From positions 434 to 64,433 of the forward strand of contig CAVJCT010000038.1 of NCBI GenBank assembly GCA_963648205.1: a DNA stretch of 64,000 nucleotides, given 5' to 3'. How positions within the stretch are numbered: the stretch's first letter is position 1; each line of letters begins with the position of its first letter. The translations under genes were made by a program, and so were the position numbers. This stretch comes from Flexilinea sp. (GTDB taxonomy: Bacteria > Bacteroidota > Bacteroidia > Bacteroidales > Paludibacteraceae). Shown piece by piece: positions 36,656 to 45,957 of the stretch. Below the pieces are notes generated by a model that was given only the letters and a program-made list of their open reading frames with translations, was not told the origin of the DNA and did no database searches.

Positions 36656-38941
36656 CTATTTTGCCTCAACTCTCAACGTTCCTTCTTCGATTGATGCCCA
36701 TTCTGCTTTCTGCACGGCTTTCGTTCGTGGCAAAATTGGCTCTCCTTTCACGTCTGTCAAACCTCTCTTCGCCAAGATTCTGACCGACACAACGCCATCG
36801 GCTATAATCTTCACATCTTCATAGATGCACGGAATGACAATCTTTCCATTCTTATCAATCAATCCCCAACGATTCACAATCTTGACTGGCGCATAGCCAT
36901 TCTTGAACGAACCTACCTGGTCGAGGACATACGCCGTCAACGCCTTGCCATTGTTGTTAATCAAACTGTATTTGCCATTTTTCTCCTTCACCGTTACAAA
37001 TGATGAAAGATTCTTCAATGACAAACTCTCGCCACTGATCGAATAGTAGAACTCTCCATTATTGGCATCCAGAACGTTGTCTTTCAACTCCACTGTTTTG
37101 AACCGACATTCTACTGCCATCTTCTTCTCCGTCAGATTATAAACTCCTTTCACTCCATTCTTGGTGATGGTACAGAGTTGCTCTGTTTTGCCATCTTTCT
37201 CTGCCGTGAAAAATTCAATCGAACTGTACTCGCAAGGCAACAAGAATTTGCCATCTGCGTAAATTCCTTTCTTATCTGCTTTCGAAATAATGGCTATTTT
37301 CTTGCGATAATCATACTCAATCTCATCGTAGAGGGCTGGCAACACTTCTTTGCCTGTTTTGTCTATCAATCCATATTTGCCACCTTTCTGAATGCGTGCA
37401 GAACCCCAAACAAAGGCAGACGCATCCTCAAATTGTGGCTTGATAATCTCTTTTCCATCTAAATTGATGAAGCCGAATTTTCCTGCTTTCGACACTGGAA
37501 TGAGGTCTCCCTTCTCTGAATTGCGGTACGACCAACGTTCATGGTCATCAGAGAAACTATACTCATATTTTGGAGCGAAAAGCACCAAGTCTTGCGCTAC
37601 AAATCCCCATCTTCCTTTATGCACTACCGGACAAACACCATTCTGGAATGTCGACGCATCGTCATACTCTGGTCGAGAAACGACTTTACCCGTCTGATCA
37701 ATGAAATTCCATACCAACTGGTCTTTATCTCGCATTCCAACGCATGTATAGGTGTAGTTGAATGGTTTTGCAGCCTCAAACTTGCATGGAACGACCACCT
37801 TACCTGTAGAATCTGCGAATCCTACCAAATTATTCTTTTTGATGTAGAACAACTCCGTACCTTCTTTGCCAATTTCATCATATTCGCATGGCAAAATCTG
37901 AGTGCCATCGGTCTTGTAAATACCGTATTTGCCATTCTTCTCAACCACAAAATACTCTACCGGACCTAAATACGGGCCCTCGATGTTATCAAACTCACAT
38001 GCCAAGATTTCTTTTCCTTCCTTCGAGAAAACACCGTCTACGACACGAATCATTCCATATTTCTTTCCACCATTGTTTGGTCGTGCTGTTACGATGGAAT
38101 AACCATTTTTGAACTCGCCAATCGACTCGTATGGGGCTTCTGCCAAAGAATACATTCGTTTTGCAGTGAGTTTTTTCAACTGCTCTGATGTTTTTACAAC
38201 CTCTGCCACTGCCGAATCTTTCTTCACCGAGTCTACTGTCAAATTCAAGTTTGGATAGGTCTCCTGATACTCTTTTATGGCCTTTTGTTCATCTTTTCCG
38301 TAAGAATTTCCATCTTTATCAATGAAGATCCACGCTCCATCTTTATGTACCTTGCAAAGTCCGTTCTCTTGGAAAGATGGCGTACCGACATTGTCATATT
38401 CAAAAGGAATGGCAATCAATCCATACTCATTGACGAATCCAATCGAGTCTGACTCATTGATCACCGCTGCCATACCATTCGAGAAAGGATATACTTTCTT
38501 ATAACCGAAAGGTACAACCTGCTCGTTGTTATAGTTGATATAGCCCCAAAGTCCATCTTTCTTTACGGAAGACAGACTGTTATGGAAATCATTCGCCTCA
38601 TCAAACTGACAAGGAATCACCTCCTCTGCCTTTTCGTTGATAAAACCATATTTGCCATTCTTCTTCACCTTCATTCTGCCGTTGTAGAATCGGTAAGAAT
38701 CCACCGCGCCGTCCTTCTCGTAGGTTGGCTCTAAAACGACCTCACCATCATAATCGACAAAGCCCATCAACGCTCCCTGAAACACTGGTATGATACCCTT
38801 GGCAGGCAAACCAACTTCCGTATATCTCACTGTGGCTACTCGCATACCCAACGTAATAGGAACCGTCTCATATTGCTGCGCATAGACAGTCGTCGACGCT
38901 GCCAATGCTAAAAAAAGAGTTATCTTCTTAAATCCTTTCAT
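36656..38941 (-). CDS. Secreted WG (KWG) repeat-containing protein
   Basis: Signal peptide, then more than 12 copies of an approximately 35-aa unit of the form KNGKYGFI(N/D)xxGxxVIPCxYD. Confidence 0.85.
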   Translation of the reverse strand: MKGFKKITLFLALAASTTVYAQQYETVPITLGMRVATVRYTEVGLPAKGIIPVFQGALMGFVDYDGEVVLEPTYEKDGAVDSYRFYNGRMKVKKNGKYGFINEKAEEVIPCQFDEANDFHNSLSSVKKDGLWGYINYNNEQVVPFGYKKVYPFSNGMAAVINESDSIGFVNEYGLIAIPFEYDNVGTPSFQENGLCKVHKDGAWIFIDKDGNSYGKDEQKAIKEYQETYPNLNLTVDSVKKDSAVAEVVKTSEQLKKLTAKRMYSLAEAPYESIGEFKNGYSIVTARPNNGGKKYGMIRVVDGVFSKEGKEILACEFDNIEGPYLGPVEYFVVEKNGKYGIYKTDGTQILPCEYDEIGKEGTELFYIKKNNLVGFADSTGKVVVPCKFEAAKPFNYTYTCVGMRDKDQLVWNFIDQTGKVVSRPEYDDASTFQNGVCPVVHKGRWGFVAQDLVLFAPKYEYSFSDDHERWSYRNSEKGDLIPVSKAGKFGFINLDGKEIIKPQFEDASAFVWGSARIQKGGKYGLIDKTGKEVLPALYDEIEYDYRKKIAIISKADKKGIYADGKFLLPCEYSSIEFFTAEKDGKTEQLCTITKNGVKGVYNLTEKKMAVECRFKTVELKDNVLDANNGEFYYSISGESLSLKNLSSFVTVKEKNGKYSLINNNGKALTAYVLDQVGSFKNGYAPVKIVNRWGLIDKNGKIVIPCIYEDVKIIADGVVSVRILAKRGLTDVKGEPILPRTKAVQKAEWASIEEGTLRVEAK

Positions 38942-38991
38942 TTTATATCTTGTGTTTACTACTTGCTTTTCAATTCAAAACTCACAACTGA

Positions 38992-38999
38992 CAAATTTA
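38992..38999 (-). promoter_or_regulatory. Candidate -7 box TAAATTTG (minus strand) for the WG-repeat gene
   Basis: The reverse complement of CAAATTTA. Lies 51 nt upstream of the ATG at 38941. Confidence 0.3.
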
Positions 39000-39057
39000 A
39001 TTAAAACTTTTTGAAATGTAGATAGTAACATAAAATGGTTAATTTCAAACAAAATTC

Positions 39058-39065
39058 TATTTTTG
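39058..39065 (+). promoter_or_regulatory. Candidate -7 box TATTTTTG for the Fic gene
   Basis: Matches TAnnTTTG. Lies 50 nt upstream of the ATG at 39115 and 11 nt upstream of the palindrome at 39076. Confidence 0.4.
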
Positions 39066-39075
39066 CACTCAATTT

Positions 39076-39093
39076 GGTGGTAAGGTTACCACC
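39076..39093. promoter_or_regulatory. Inverted repeat GGTGGTAAGGTTACCACC (candidate operator) at the predicted Fic transcription start
   Basis: Half-sites GGTGGTA and TACCACC are separated by 4 nt and followed by ATTTTAAG. A related palindrome lies downstream of the gene, and an extra GTGGTAA half-site lies at 39101-39107. Confidence 0.4.
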
Positions 39094-39114
39094 ATTTTAA
39101 GTGGTAAATAGAAT

Positions 39115-40188
39115 ATGGAAAACAAAAAACTACAATTAGCACTTGAAAAGTGGAAGGCATTACAGCCTTTATCTGAAAAAGACCAAGAAAGGTTGAACAG
39201 AAAGTTTACTGTTGAATTTAATTACAACAGCAATCATATTGAGGGCAATACGCTTACTTACGGACAAACAGAATTGCTTCTTTTGTTCGGAAAGGTTATC
39301 GGAGAAGCAGAGTTCCGTGATTACGAAGAAATGAAAGCGAGCAACATCGGATTAAAAATGATGTTGATGGAATCAACGGAAAGTAAACTTCCTCTCACTC
39401 AGAATTTCATCAGAACTTTACACCACACTCTACTGCGTGAAGATTACGTTGTATACCGAACACTGCCTGGTGGAGTTCAAACCAGTTACACTATTCACGC
39501 AGGGCAGTACAAAACACGGCCTAACAGTGTAATCACTCGATATGGCGATCGTTTTGAGTATGCTTCTCCAGAGGAGACTCCTGCATTGATGACAGACCTC
39601 GTAGACTGGTATAATGAAGAGGAACAAAAAGGTGATTTGTCTCCAGAAGAATTAGCGATTCTTTTTCACTATCGTTACATTCGCATTCACCCTTTCGAGG
39701 ATGGAAACGGACGTATTGCCAGACTTCTAATGAACTATATTTTGGCACGCCACAATTACCCAATGATTGTTGTTCGTAGTCGAAATAAGCAAGACTATTT
39801 GGAAGCCTTGCACAAGTCAGACCTTAATGTCGGGCAGACACCAACCGATGGCGCACACGCTCCATTAAACCTAATCAGACCTTTCTACAAACACATGATT
39901 GACACGATCTCTCACGAAATAGAGATGGACACCTTGTTTGTTTCCGAGAAATCCGAAAATGTATGGTGGTATGACGGAGAAAGGATTGTATTTCGCACTC
40001 CAACATACAGCAAAATCTTAAGAGAGTTACAATTGGAAGAGACTGCGTCGTACGCTTACCTTCAGCAAACATTATCAGTAAATCGTTCTGCTCTACAAAA
40101 AATGATTGAAAAACTTACTAAGAATGGGTATGTTGAAAGAGACGAAAAAACAGGTCTTTGGCGTGTTTTCATCACCCCATCCATCTAA
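39115..40188 (+). CDS. Fic family protein (AMPylase-type) with N-terminal inhibitory motif and C-terminal winged-helix domain
   Basis: Fic motif HPFEDGNGRIAR at 39688-39723. A (S/T)xxxE(G/N) motif, SNHIEG, lies at 39229-39246. The C-terminal wHTH-like region includes LTKNGYVERDEKTGLWRV. Composition is AT-rich. Confidence 0.88.
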   Translation: MENKKLQLALEKWKALQPLSEKDQERLNRKFTVEFNYNSNHIEGNTLTYGQTELLLLFGKVIGEAEFRDYEEMKASNIGLKMMLMESTESKLPLTQNFIRTLHHTLLREDYVVYRTLPGGVQTSYTIHAGQYKTRPNSVITRYGDRFEYASPEETPALMTDLVDWYNEEEQKGDLSPEELAILFHYRYIRIHPFEDGNGRIARLLMNYILARHNYPMIVVRSRNKQDYLEALHKSDLNVGQTPTDGAHAPLNLIRPFYKHMIDTISHEIEMDTLFVSEKSENVWWYDGERIVFRTPTYSKILRELQLEETASYAYLQQTLSVNRSALQKMIEKLTKNGYVERDEKTGLWRVFITPSI

Positions 40189-40194
40189 AAAGTT

Positions 40195-40228
40195 GCTTAA
40201 AAGGTGGTATGCATACCACCTTTTAAGC
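40195..40228. terminator. Perfect 34-nt palindrome between the convergent Fic and lrgB genes (bidirectional terminator candidate)
   Basis: GCTTAAAAGGTGGTATGCATACCACCTTTTAAGC equals its own reverse complement. It lies 7 nt after the Fic stop and 9 nt after the lrgB stop. Confidence 0.65.
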
Positions 40229-40236
40229 AAAATATT

Positions 40237-40932
40237 CTAAATATACCCCATCCAAGAGAGTACGTAGGGTGTAAGAATGGAGGTCAAAATTCCATTCAGA
40301 ATCAAGCCTAAACTTGAAAAGGCTCCATAGCGCGCACTGATTTCCAACGACGCTGATGTGCCGACCGCATGGGCTGCCGTTCCCATCGAGATACCCTGCG
40401 CTACGGGATTCTTTACGAAGCCCAACTGCAATATCTTATATCCTAACATCGCTCCTAATATTCCTGTGATGACAACAACCGCAGCCGTTAAAGAGGGTAT
40501 TCCACCCATCTGCGCCGTAATCTCCATAGCGATAGGCGTGGTAACCGACTTAGGGGCTAACGAGATAATCACCTCCTTCGTTGCACCCAATGTTGATGCC
40601 ACAAAGACAACTGACACAATGCCGACAAGACAGCCAACCAACTGCGATAACAAAATCGGAAGGGCTTGTTTCTTGATCGCCTCAAACTGCAAATACAAAG
40701 GCACGCCCAAAGCCACAACCGCGGGTTTCAACCAAAACTCAATGTACTTGCCACCCTTCTCGTAGGTGTCAAAGTCTATTCCGAAAATCTCCAAATAGAT
40801 GATGATGACGGCAATCGTCAGCAGAATCGGATTGAGCAACACAGAACCCGTCTTCTTCTGCAACATCTTGAAAACATGATAGACACCAAACGTGATGGCT
40901 ATCAAAAAAAACTCATTTCTTAGAAAATCCAT
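40237..40932 (-). CDS. lrgB: LrgB/CidB family protein
   Basis: 231-aa polytopic membrane protein. It overlaps lrgA by 20 nt, which is the typical lrgAB arrangement. Confidence 0.85.
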   Translation of the reverse strand: MDFLRNEFFLIAITFGVYHVFKMLQKKTGSVLLNPILLTIAVIIIYLEIFGIDFDTYEKGGKYIEFWLKPAVVALGVPLYLQFEAIKKQALPILLSQLVGCLVGIVSVVFVASTLGATKEVIISLAPKSVTTPIAMEITAQMGGIPSLTAAVVVITGILGAMLGYKILQLGFVKNPVAQGISMGTAAHAVGTSASLEISARYGAFSSLGLILNGILTSILTPYVLSWMGYI

Positions 40933-41275
40933 TGAACTTCCTCGCTAACTGATGAACCCAACCTGTAATCACTAACACCAACACCGTACTCACAACCGTT
41001 GCCACCAAAATCGGCAGCACTTGCGCCTTGATAATGTCAAAATACAACATAATCGCCACTCCTGGTGGAATGAAGAAGAATGCCAAATTGGACGTCAAAA
41101 AATCAGAGATTCCCTTCACCCACTCCAATTTGACAATGCCAGCTTTGAGCAACGCCGTCAGCGTGAGCAGTCCGATGACACTCGAAGGCAGACTAACACC
41201 CGTCAGGTAAACCACCAACTCACCAAAGGCTAAACAGCCAAAAATGATGAAACATTGTAGAATAACGCCTTTCAT
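40913..41275 (-). CDS. lrgA: CidA/LrgA family holin-like protein
   Basis: 120 aa with four TM segments, immediately upstream of lrgB. Confidence 0.85.
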   Translation of the reverse strand: MKGVILQCFIIFGCLAFGELVVYLTGVSLPSSVIGLLTLTALLKAGIVKLEWVKGISDFLTSNLAFFFIPPGVAIMLYFDIIKAQVLPILVATVVSTVLVLVITGWVHQLARKFNGFSKK

Positions 41276-41327
41276 ATTCGTTCTCGTTTAAGAAAACTCA
41301 TTTACACGATTTCAAATCAAACAGGAT

Positions 41328-41365
41328 AAAATAAAAATGGAGAACAGCCTCCGACCATTCTCCAT
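41328..41365 (-). terminator. Intrinsic terminator after the 58-aa ORF
   Basis: On the minus-strand RNA an 8-bp stem pairs AUGGAGAA with UUCUCCAU (41337-41344 / 41358-41365), with a 13-nt loop. It is followed by UUUUAUUUU and lies 22 nt after the stop at 41388. Confidence 0.6.
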
Positions 41366-41387
41366 CTATTCTTTCAGGCTTCGATTC

Positions 41388-41564
41388 TTATTTTTCTAAG
41401 AATTGTTTGTTCAAGAAAACATACAAAATGACTCCGGCTACCATCAAGAAACCAGAAGTTAACAATGCTGAGTTTGAACTAAACGCACCGAAATAATACA
41501 ACATAAGGATGACTGCGCCAATGAGGACAACAAACACACCCAAATATCTCATAAAACTGCCCAT
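41388..41564 (-). CDS. Small hydrophobic protein, 58 aa, two predicted TM helices (below the ORF-track cutoff)
   Basis: Hand translation gives MGSFMRYLGVFVVLIGAVILMLYYFGAFSSNSALLTSGFLMVAGVILYVFLNKQFLEK. It has an ATG start, a TAA stop and its own downstream terminator. Confidence 0.5.
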   Translation of the reverse strand: MGSFMRYLGVFVVLIGAVILMLYYFGAFSSNSALLTSGFLMVAGVILYVFLNKQFLEK

Positions 41565-41672
41565 ATTCTATGTATTTTTTACTATTACTATTTTCTTGAT
41601 ACAATCACTTGCAAAGAACGGATATTTTTTTCGTTAAAAAAAATTTTGTGAGGGTAAAATCGTACGTTTTTT

Positions 41673-44600
41673 TTAGGATTTTATTTGATATTCCAGATTA
41701 CTCGGCACTCCTCCACAATTTCTCGCTATGGAGATTTTCTCTTCGTCAGAGTCCGTTGCAATGATGTGCAAATGTTTTTTCACCAAGGCTGCCAACAACG
41801 TTTTTTCACCATAACCACAGTCGTTTACGGTGATTTCGCCTTCATTTGGCAAGCTGTCCACCCACTCGAGGGTCGACTGTGAATAGAGACTCTTCTTCAC
41901 CGCTTTAGCGACCTCCGCTCCTTTGTAGAGGTACTGATGATAAACGTAATCTTGGAAATATGCTGCTGTCTCGATTTCATCAGAGATTTTGGCATATTGT
42001 TCAATGTAATATTTGTGTACCGCTTGACTTGCCTTGCGTGGGTCTTTTCCTTTTATCATTTCGTTCTCACTCGTGATTGGTGGCAATACTCTGACATCAA
42101 TGCGACCTTTTCTCAACAAAAACTCTTTCTTCGGGAAAACATGGTTGATTCCATGAATCAAAATCGGCACAACGTCCACATTGAATTTCTGCGCTAAGTG
42201 GAACGCTCCCTGATGGAAACGCAAAATCTGACCCGTCTCCGACCTTGTCCCCTCTGGGAAAATGAGGATGGAATAGCCTCTGTCAATGGCAGATTGCAGG
42301 GTTTCAATACTCTCCTCGATACCATTACTGATAGGATAATACTCGGCAAAGCGGATAATGTTACCGTAGAATGGACAGTTCCATACCCATTTGTTGGTGA
42401 GGCATATAATCTTCGGATTAAGCAACAACGTGTACATCAAATCTAAATGAGACTGATGGTTGCAAATCAAGATGGATGGTTTTTCGAAATTGTAATTTCC
42501 ACGGTTCTCTACATGGTATTCAACTCCTGGCATCCACTGTGCAAACTTTCTGAAAATCCACGAAATCATCCGATGGAAGCGCAGTTTATTGGCTTCGCTC
42601 TTTCCTCCTATCACCAACAAGCCGAATCCCGCTACCGTGTATATCAAACTAAAGAAGATGAACACAGAAAAGCTCATAATCGTCTTCAGTAAATTACTGA
42701 GCGTAATCGGCATAATACGGTTCTCTTTTCCATTCATCGTCAACCATTTGAAGAGCAAAGGAGGGAAAAGATAAGTCATCAAGATAACTGAACTCATACC
42801 GACAATTGTTACCTCTGCCAAAGATTTCAACGCTGGATGTTTGGCAAAAATCAATGCACCTATTCCGATGAACATAATCAACGATGAAAGGGCGACCGAT
42901 CGTTTGTACGATGCCAAAACTTTCTTCTTGTGAGCATACTCGTACATCAAACCTTCAGTAACAAAAATGGTGTAATCATCACCCTGACCGAAAATGAACG
43001 TTGCCAAAATGATATTCACAATGTTGAATCGTATATCGAACAAGTCCATCAAGCCCAAAATCCAGAACCACGCCACCGTGAGCGGCACCATCGCAATAAG
43101 TGTCAACTCTATTCTTCCAAAGGAGAACCAAAGGAAGAAAAAGACGATGAAAGCGCAAATAAACAGCACTAAATTGAAGTCAGCCGACAGTCCTTCTAAC
43201 ATCTCATCAAACAAGAACTTGTCATCGAACGAGAAGGCTTTCGGAGTGAGTTGGTTGAGAGCCGTCTGCACTGCCTCCGTGCTATCTTTCTCACAACTCA
43301 ACGTGGTGTAGACTAAACATTTTTCATCTGAATCAAAGACATACAAGTCGGTCAGTGTCTTTTCTATCACGGAGAAATCAGGCACTACCGATTCATCTAT
43401 CGCAGTGTCAATTTTAGCGATGAAAGCGGAGAAAAATTCTTGTGGCAAGCCTAACTCCGAGCCTTCTTTTTCCATCAAGGCTGATGCTTTTTCTTTGTTC
43501 TCCGACCAATAGCGATTCCATCTTTCAACACGCTCTTTTCGCAGATTTCGAGACGGTGAGAAGCAAGAAATACCAGAGACTCTCCTCACATTATATTTTT
43601 CACAGATAGAGTCAAGTGATTGTCTAACAGACTCATACGTTTGCAAAGTCTCCTCTTTGTTCGTTCCTTCGCATACGAAATAGGTCTTTTGCAAGGTATC
43701 GCTCGTCTGCGCAATGAGTTTCTGCAATTCCGTCCGTTGCGCATCCGTCATATAGTTGATTTTGTGCAAATCGGCATCGAAAGAGGTTTTCATACTCAAA
43801 ACCGCAAGCGGAATCGTAAGAATCACCACTGCCAGGACAATGTATTTATTCTCTTCTAAGGCGAAATTGGCAAATTTTGTCAGGAATTTTTCTTCAGTAA
43901 CAGGTCGTTTGAAAAGACTCTTTTTGAAGAGATGGGGCATAAACACCAGCACAAAAATGATGGTTCCAACGAGTAAAACAGCAGCGAAAATACCCATATC
44001 CTCCATTGCGGTGGAGTTGATGAAAGTGATACTGAGAAACGCGCCCACCGTTGTGATATTTCCAATGACCAATGGTGAAGCAATCTCTTTCATCGTTTCC
44101 TCTCGTGTTTTGCCCTCTCGCAAGTGTGCCAAGAAATGCAGAGGATAATTAGCGGCAATTCCAACGATGATAGAACCGATTCCCACTGCAATCACCGAAA
44201 TGTTTTCTCTACAAACTGACAGCAATGCTAATGCCATCAACGCACCGAAAGCAATGGAGAAAAGCAGCAACACGATTGAACGTAGGTCTCTGAAGAAATA
44301 AAGCAACAACGCAATTATCAACACCAAAGCCAAAACAGAAGTTACAATCGTGTCCGTTTTTATTTGGTCTGCATTGCCTATCGAAATGTCCGACGCACCA
44401 ATATGGCTTATACTACAACAATCATTTTTCTCGATGGAATGGGCAGATTTATCAATAGCAGCAATCCACTGCTTATTGAGCATAGTCTCAGTAGAAGGGA
44501 CAAGAGATGTCAGGGTAACAATTGCCTCTTTGCCCTCTTTATCAAACACATAGCCATTATGTTGTTGGAAGGTATTCTTCTGATGCGCATTCTGTAAATT

Positions 44601-45164
44601 TTTCAGAATCGGTGCTGAGATATGCAAAGGGTCATTCACCAACATATTTTGCAGCATTCCACCTGTAGGAGAATAGAGCAAATCACGAGTCCACACCAAT
44701 TCATTCCTTAAACGAGCAGTATCTGCAAGCAATGTGTCCAATCGCTTATAATCGGATTCCTCCATAAAATAAGGCAAATTTTCCACGATGAAATCGGACA
44801 TTTCTGTAATTTCATCTGTCGACACCTTATAGAAAATATCGCTTGTCAGATGGGTCGTATCATTCTTCTTCAGTTCTTCAACAAACTGGTCAACGTACGA
44901 GCAAAGAGTGTCTTGATTGCATTTCGCACTATCCTTCGAGGCAATAAAAACGACAATTTTATTGGTAGTGTTCTGGTGCTGATAGGCATAGACAATGCGA
45001 TCTGTCTTTTCGTTTTTGGGCAGAAACGCACCAATATCCTCCGAAAACCTCGCACATTTAAATACGGCGACGAGCATAATCGCCAAACAGGCAAACAAAA
45101 CCAACTTTGCTTTGCCAGGCGAAGCCTCAAAACTTTTATAGATCTTCAAAAGGAGTTCCTTCAT
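41673..45164 (-). CDS. Fusion protein: MMPL/RND-type exporter + PlsC-type lysophospholipid acyltransferase + truncated class I SAM-methyltransferase-like tail
   Basis: The N-terminal region (about 800 aa) has a 1+5 / 1+5 TM layout with two large loops, which is MMPL-like. Acyltransferase motifs are NHQSHLD (42441-42461) and FPEGTRS (42240-42260). MTase motif I-like VNDCGYGE (41805-41828) lies only 50 aa from the C-terminus. Confidence 0.8.
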   Translation of the reverse strand: MKELLLKIYKSFEASPGKAKLVLFACLAIMLVAVFKCARFSEDIGAFLPKNEKTDRIVYAYQHQNTTNKIVVFIASKDSAKCNQDTLCSYVDQFVEELKKNDTTHLTSDIFYKVSTDEITEMSDFIVENLPYFMEESDYKRLDTLLADTARLRNELVWTRDLLYSPTGGMLQNMLVNDPLHISAPILKNLQNAHQKNTFQQHNGYVFDKEGKEAIVTLTSLVPSTETMLNKQWIAAIDKSAHSIEKNDCCSISHIGASDISIGNADQIKTDTIVTSVLALVLIIALLLYFFRDLRSIVLLLFSIAFGALMALALLSVCRENISVIAVGIGSIIVGIAANYPLHFLAHLREGKTREETMKEIASPLVIGNITTVGAFLSITFINSTAMEDMGIFAAVLLVGTIIFVLVFMPHLFKKSLFKRPVTEEKFLTKFANFALEENKYIVLAVVILTIPLAVLSMKTSFDADLHKINYMTDAQRTELQKLIAQTSDTLQKTYFVCEGTNKEETLQTYESVRQSLDSICEKYNVRRVSGISCFSPSRNLRKERVERWNRYWSENKEKASALMEKEGSELGLPQEFFSAFIAKIDTAIDESVVPDFSVIEKTLTDLYVFDSDEKCLVYTTLSCEKDSTEAVQTALNQLTPKAFSFDDKFLFDEMLEGLSADFNLVLFICAFIVFFFLWFSFGRIELTLIAMVPLTVAWFWILGLMDLFDIRFNIVNIILATFIFGQGDDYTIFVTEGLMYEYAHKKKVLASYKRSVALSSLIMFIGIGALIFAKHPALKSLAEVTIVGMSSVILMTYLFPPLLFKWLTMNGKENRIMPITLSNLLKTIMSFSVFIFFSLIYTVAGFGLLVIGGKSEANKLRFHRMISWIFRKFAQWMPGVEYHVENRGNYNFEKPSILICNHQSHLDLMYTLLLNPKIICLTNKWVWNCPFYGNIIRFAEYYPISNGIEESIETLQSAIDRGYSILIFPEGTRSETGQILRFHQGAFHLAQKFNVDVVPILIHGINHVFPKKEFLLRKGRIDVRVLPPITSENEMIKGKDPRKASQAVHKYYIEQYAKISDEIETAAYFQDYVYHQYLYKGAEVAKAVKKSLYSQSTLEWVDSLPNEGEITVNDCGYGEKTLLAALVKKHLHIIATDSDEEKISIARNCGGVPSNLEYQIKS

Positions 45165-45943
45165 TTCTTCGATTTTTTAATTTTTCTAACTATCCATCGT
45201 ATCGCCATCGAAGGGTAACCATAGACTATCGCAATGAGGCAAAGGAAGGTGTTCAGCACACTGATTCGGAAGAAATCTTTGCCTGGACGGAAATGGGACA
45301 CTCGCTCTTCTTTCGGTGGGTAATAGACGTGTATCGAGATAGGTTTAAGTGGCACTAACTTCCAGGCGCATCTCACCAAAATTTCCAATTCAGCCTCATA
45401 TCTTTTGTTGAAAGGTGTGATGAAACCGATGTTTTTTAAAGGATAAAGGCGATACCCTGTCTGCGTGTCGGGCAGTTTTTGAAGCGTCTGAATATGAAAC
45501 CAGAAATTGGAAAATCGGTTGGCAAAATTGTTTCCCGAAGGCATGTTAGGATTGTCGAACGAGCGACTGCCTATGATAAACGCTTTTGGATTTTCTTTGT
45601 GAGCCTCAACGAAAAGGGGCAAGTCAGAGAATTTATGCTGACCATCAGAATCTAAAGTGATAACGGATTCTATTCCTAATGTCTTCGCCTTTAGGAAACC
45701 CTCTTTCAAGGCATTTCCCTTTCCTTTATTTGGGGAATATGATACCAATTGTAGTTTTTCTTTCCAACGAGATAAAATTTCAGCGGTTTCATCGTTAGAT
45801 CCGTCATTCACCAAGATGACCGTTTCACTATACTGCACTGCCTCTGCGATAACCGATTCTAATGTTTGCGCATTATTGTAAGTCGGTATGAGCAATGCAA
45901 TCTTGTTCTCTTTCAAATAGTTTTTTACATCTTCTGGTGTCAT
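45161..45943 (-). CDS. Family 2 glycosyltransferase with C-terminal TM anchor (ApeJ/ArnC-like)
   Basis: The N-terminal sequence IALLIPTYNNAQTLESV..VNDGSNDET and the DSDGQH (DxD-type) motif are present, with a C-terminal hydrophobic segment. I take the ATG at 45941-45943, because the tracked TTG at 45991 would overlap the upstream gene. The stop overlaps the next start (ATGA). Confidence 0.82.
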   Translation of the reverse strand: MTPEDVKNYLKENKIALLIPTYNNAQTLESVIAEAVQYSETVILVNDGSNDETAEILSRWKEKLQLVSYSPNKGKGNALKEGFLKAKTLGIESVITLDSDGQHKFSDLPLFVEAHKENPKAFIIGSRSFDNPNMPSGNNFANRFSNFWFHIQTLQKLPDTQTGYRLYPLKNIGFITPFNKRYEAELEILVRCAWKLVPLKPISIHVYYPPKEERVSHFRPGKDFFRISVLNTFLCLIAIVYGYPSMAIRWIVRKIKKSKK

Positions 45944-45957
45944 TGACTGTCTCTTTT

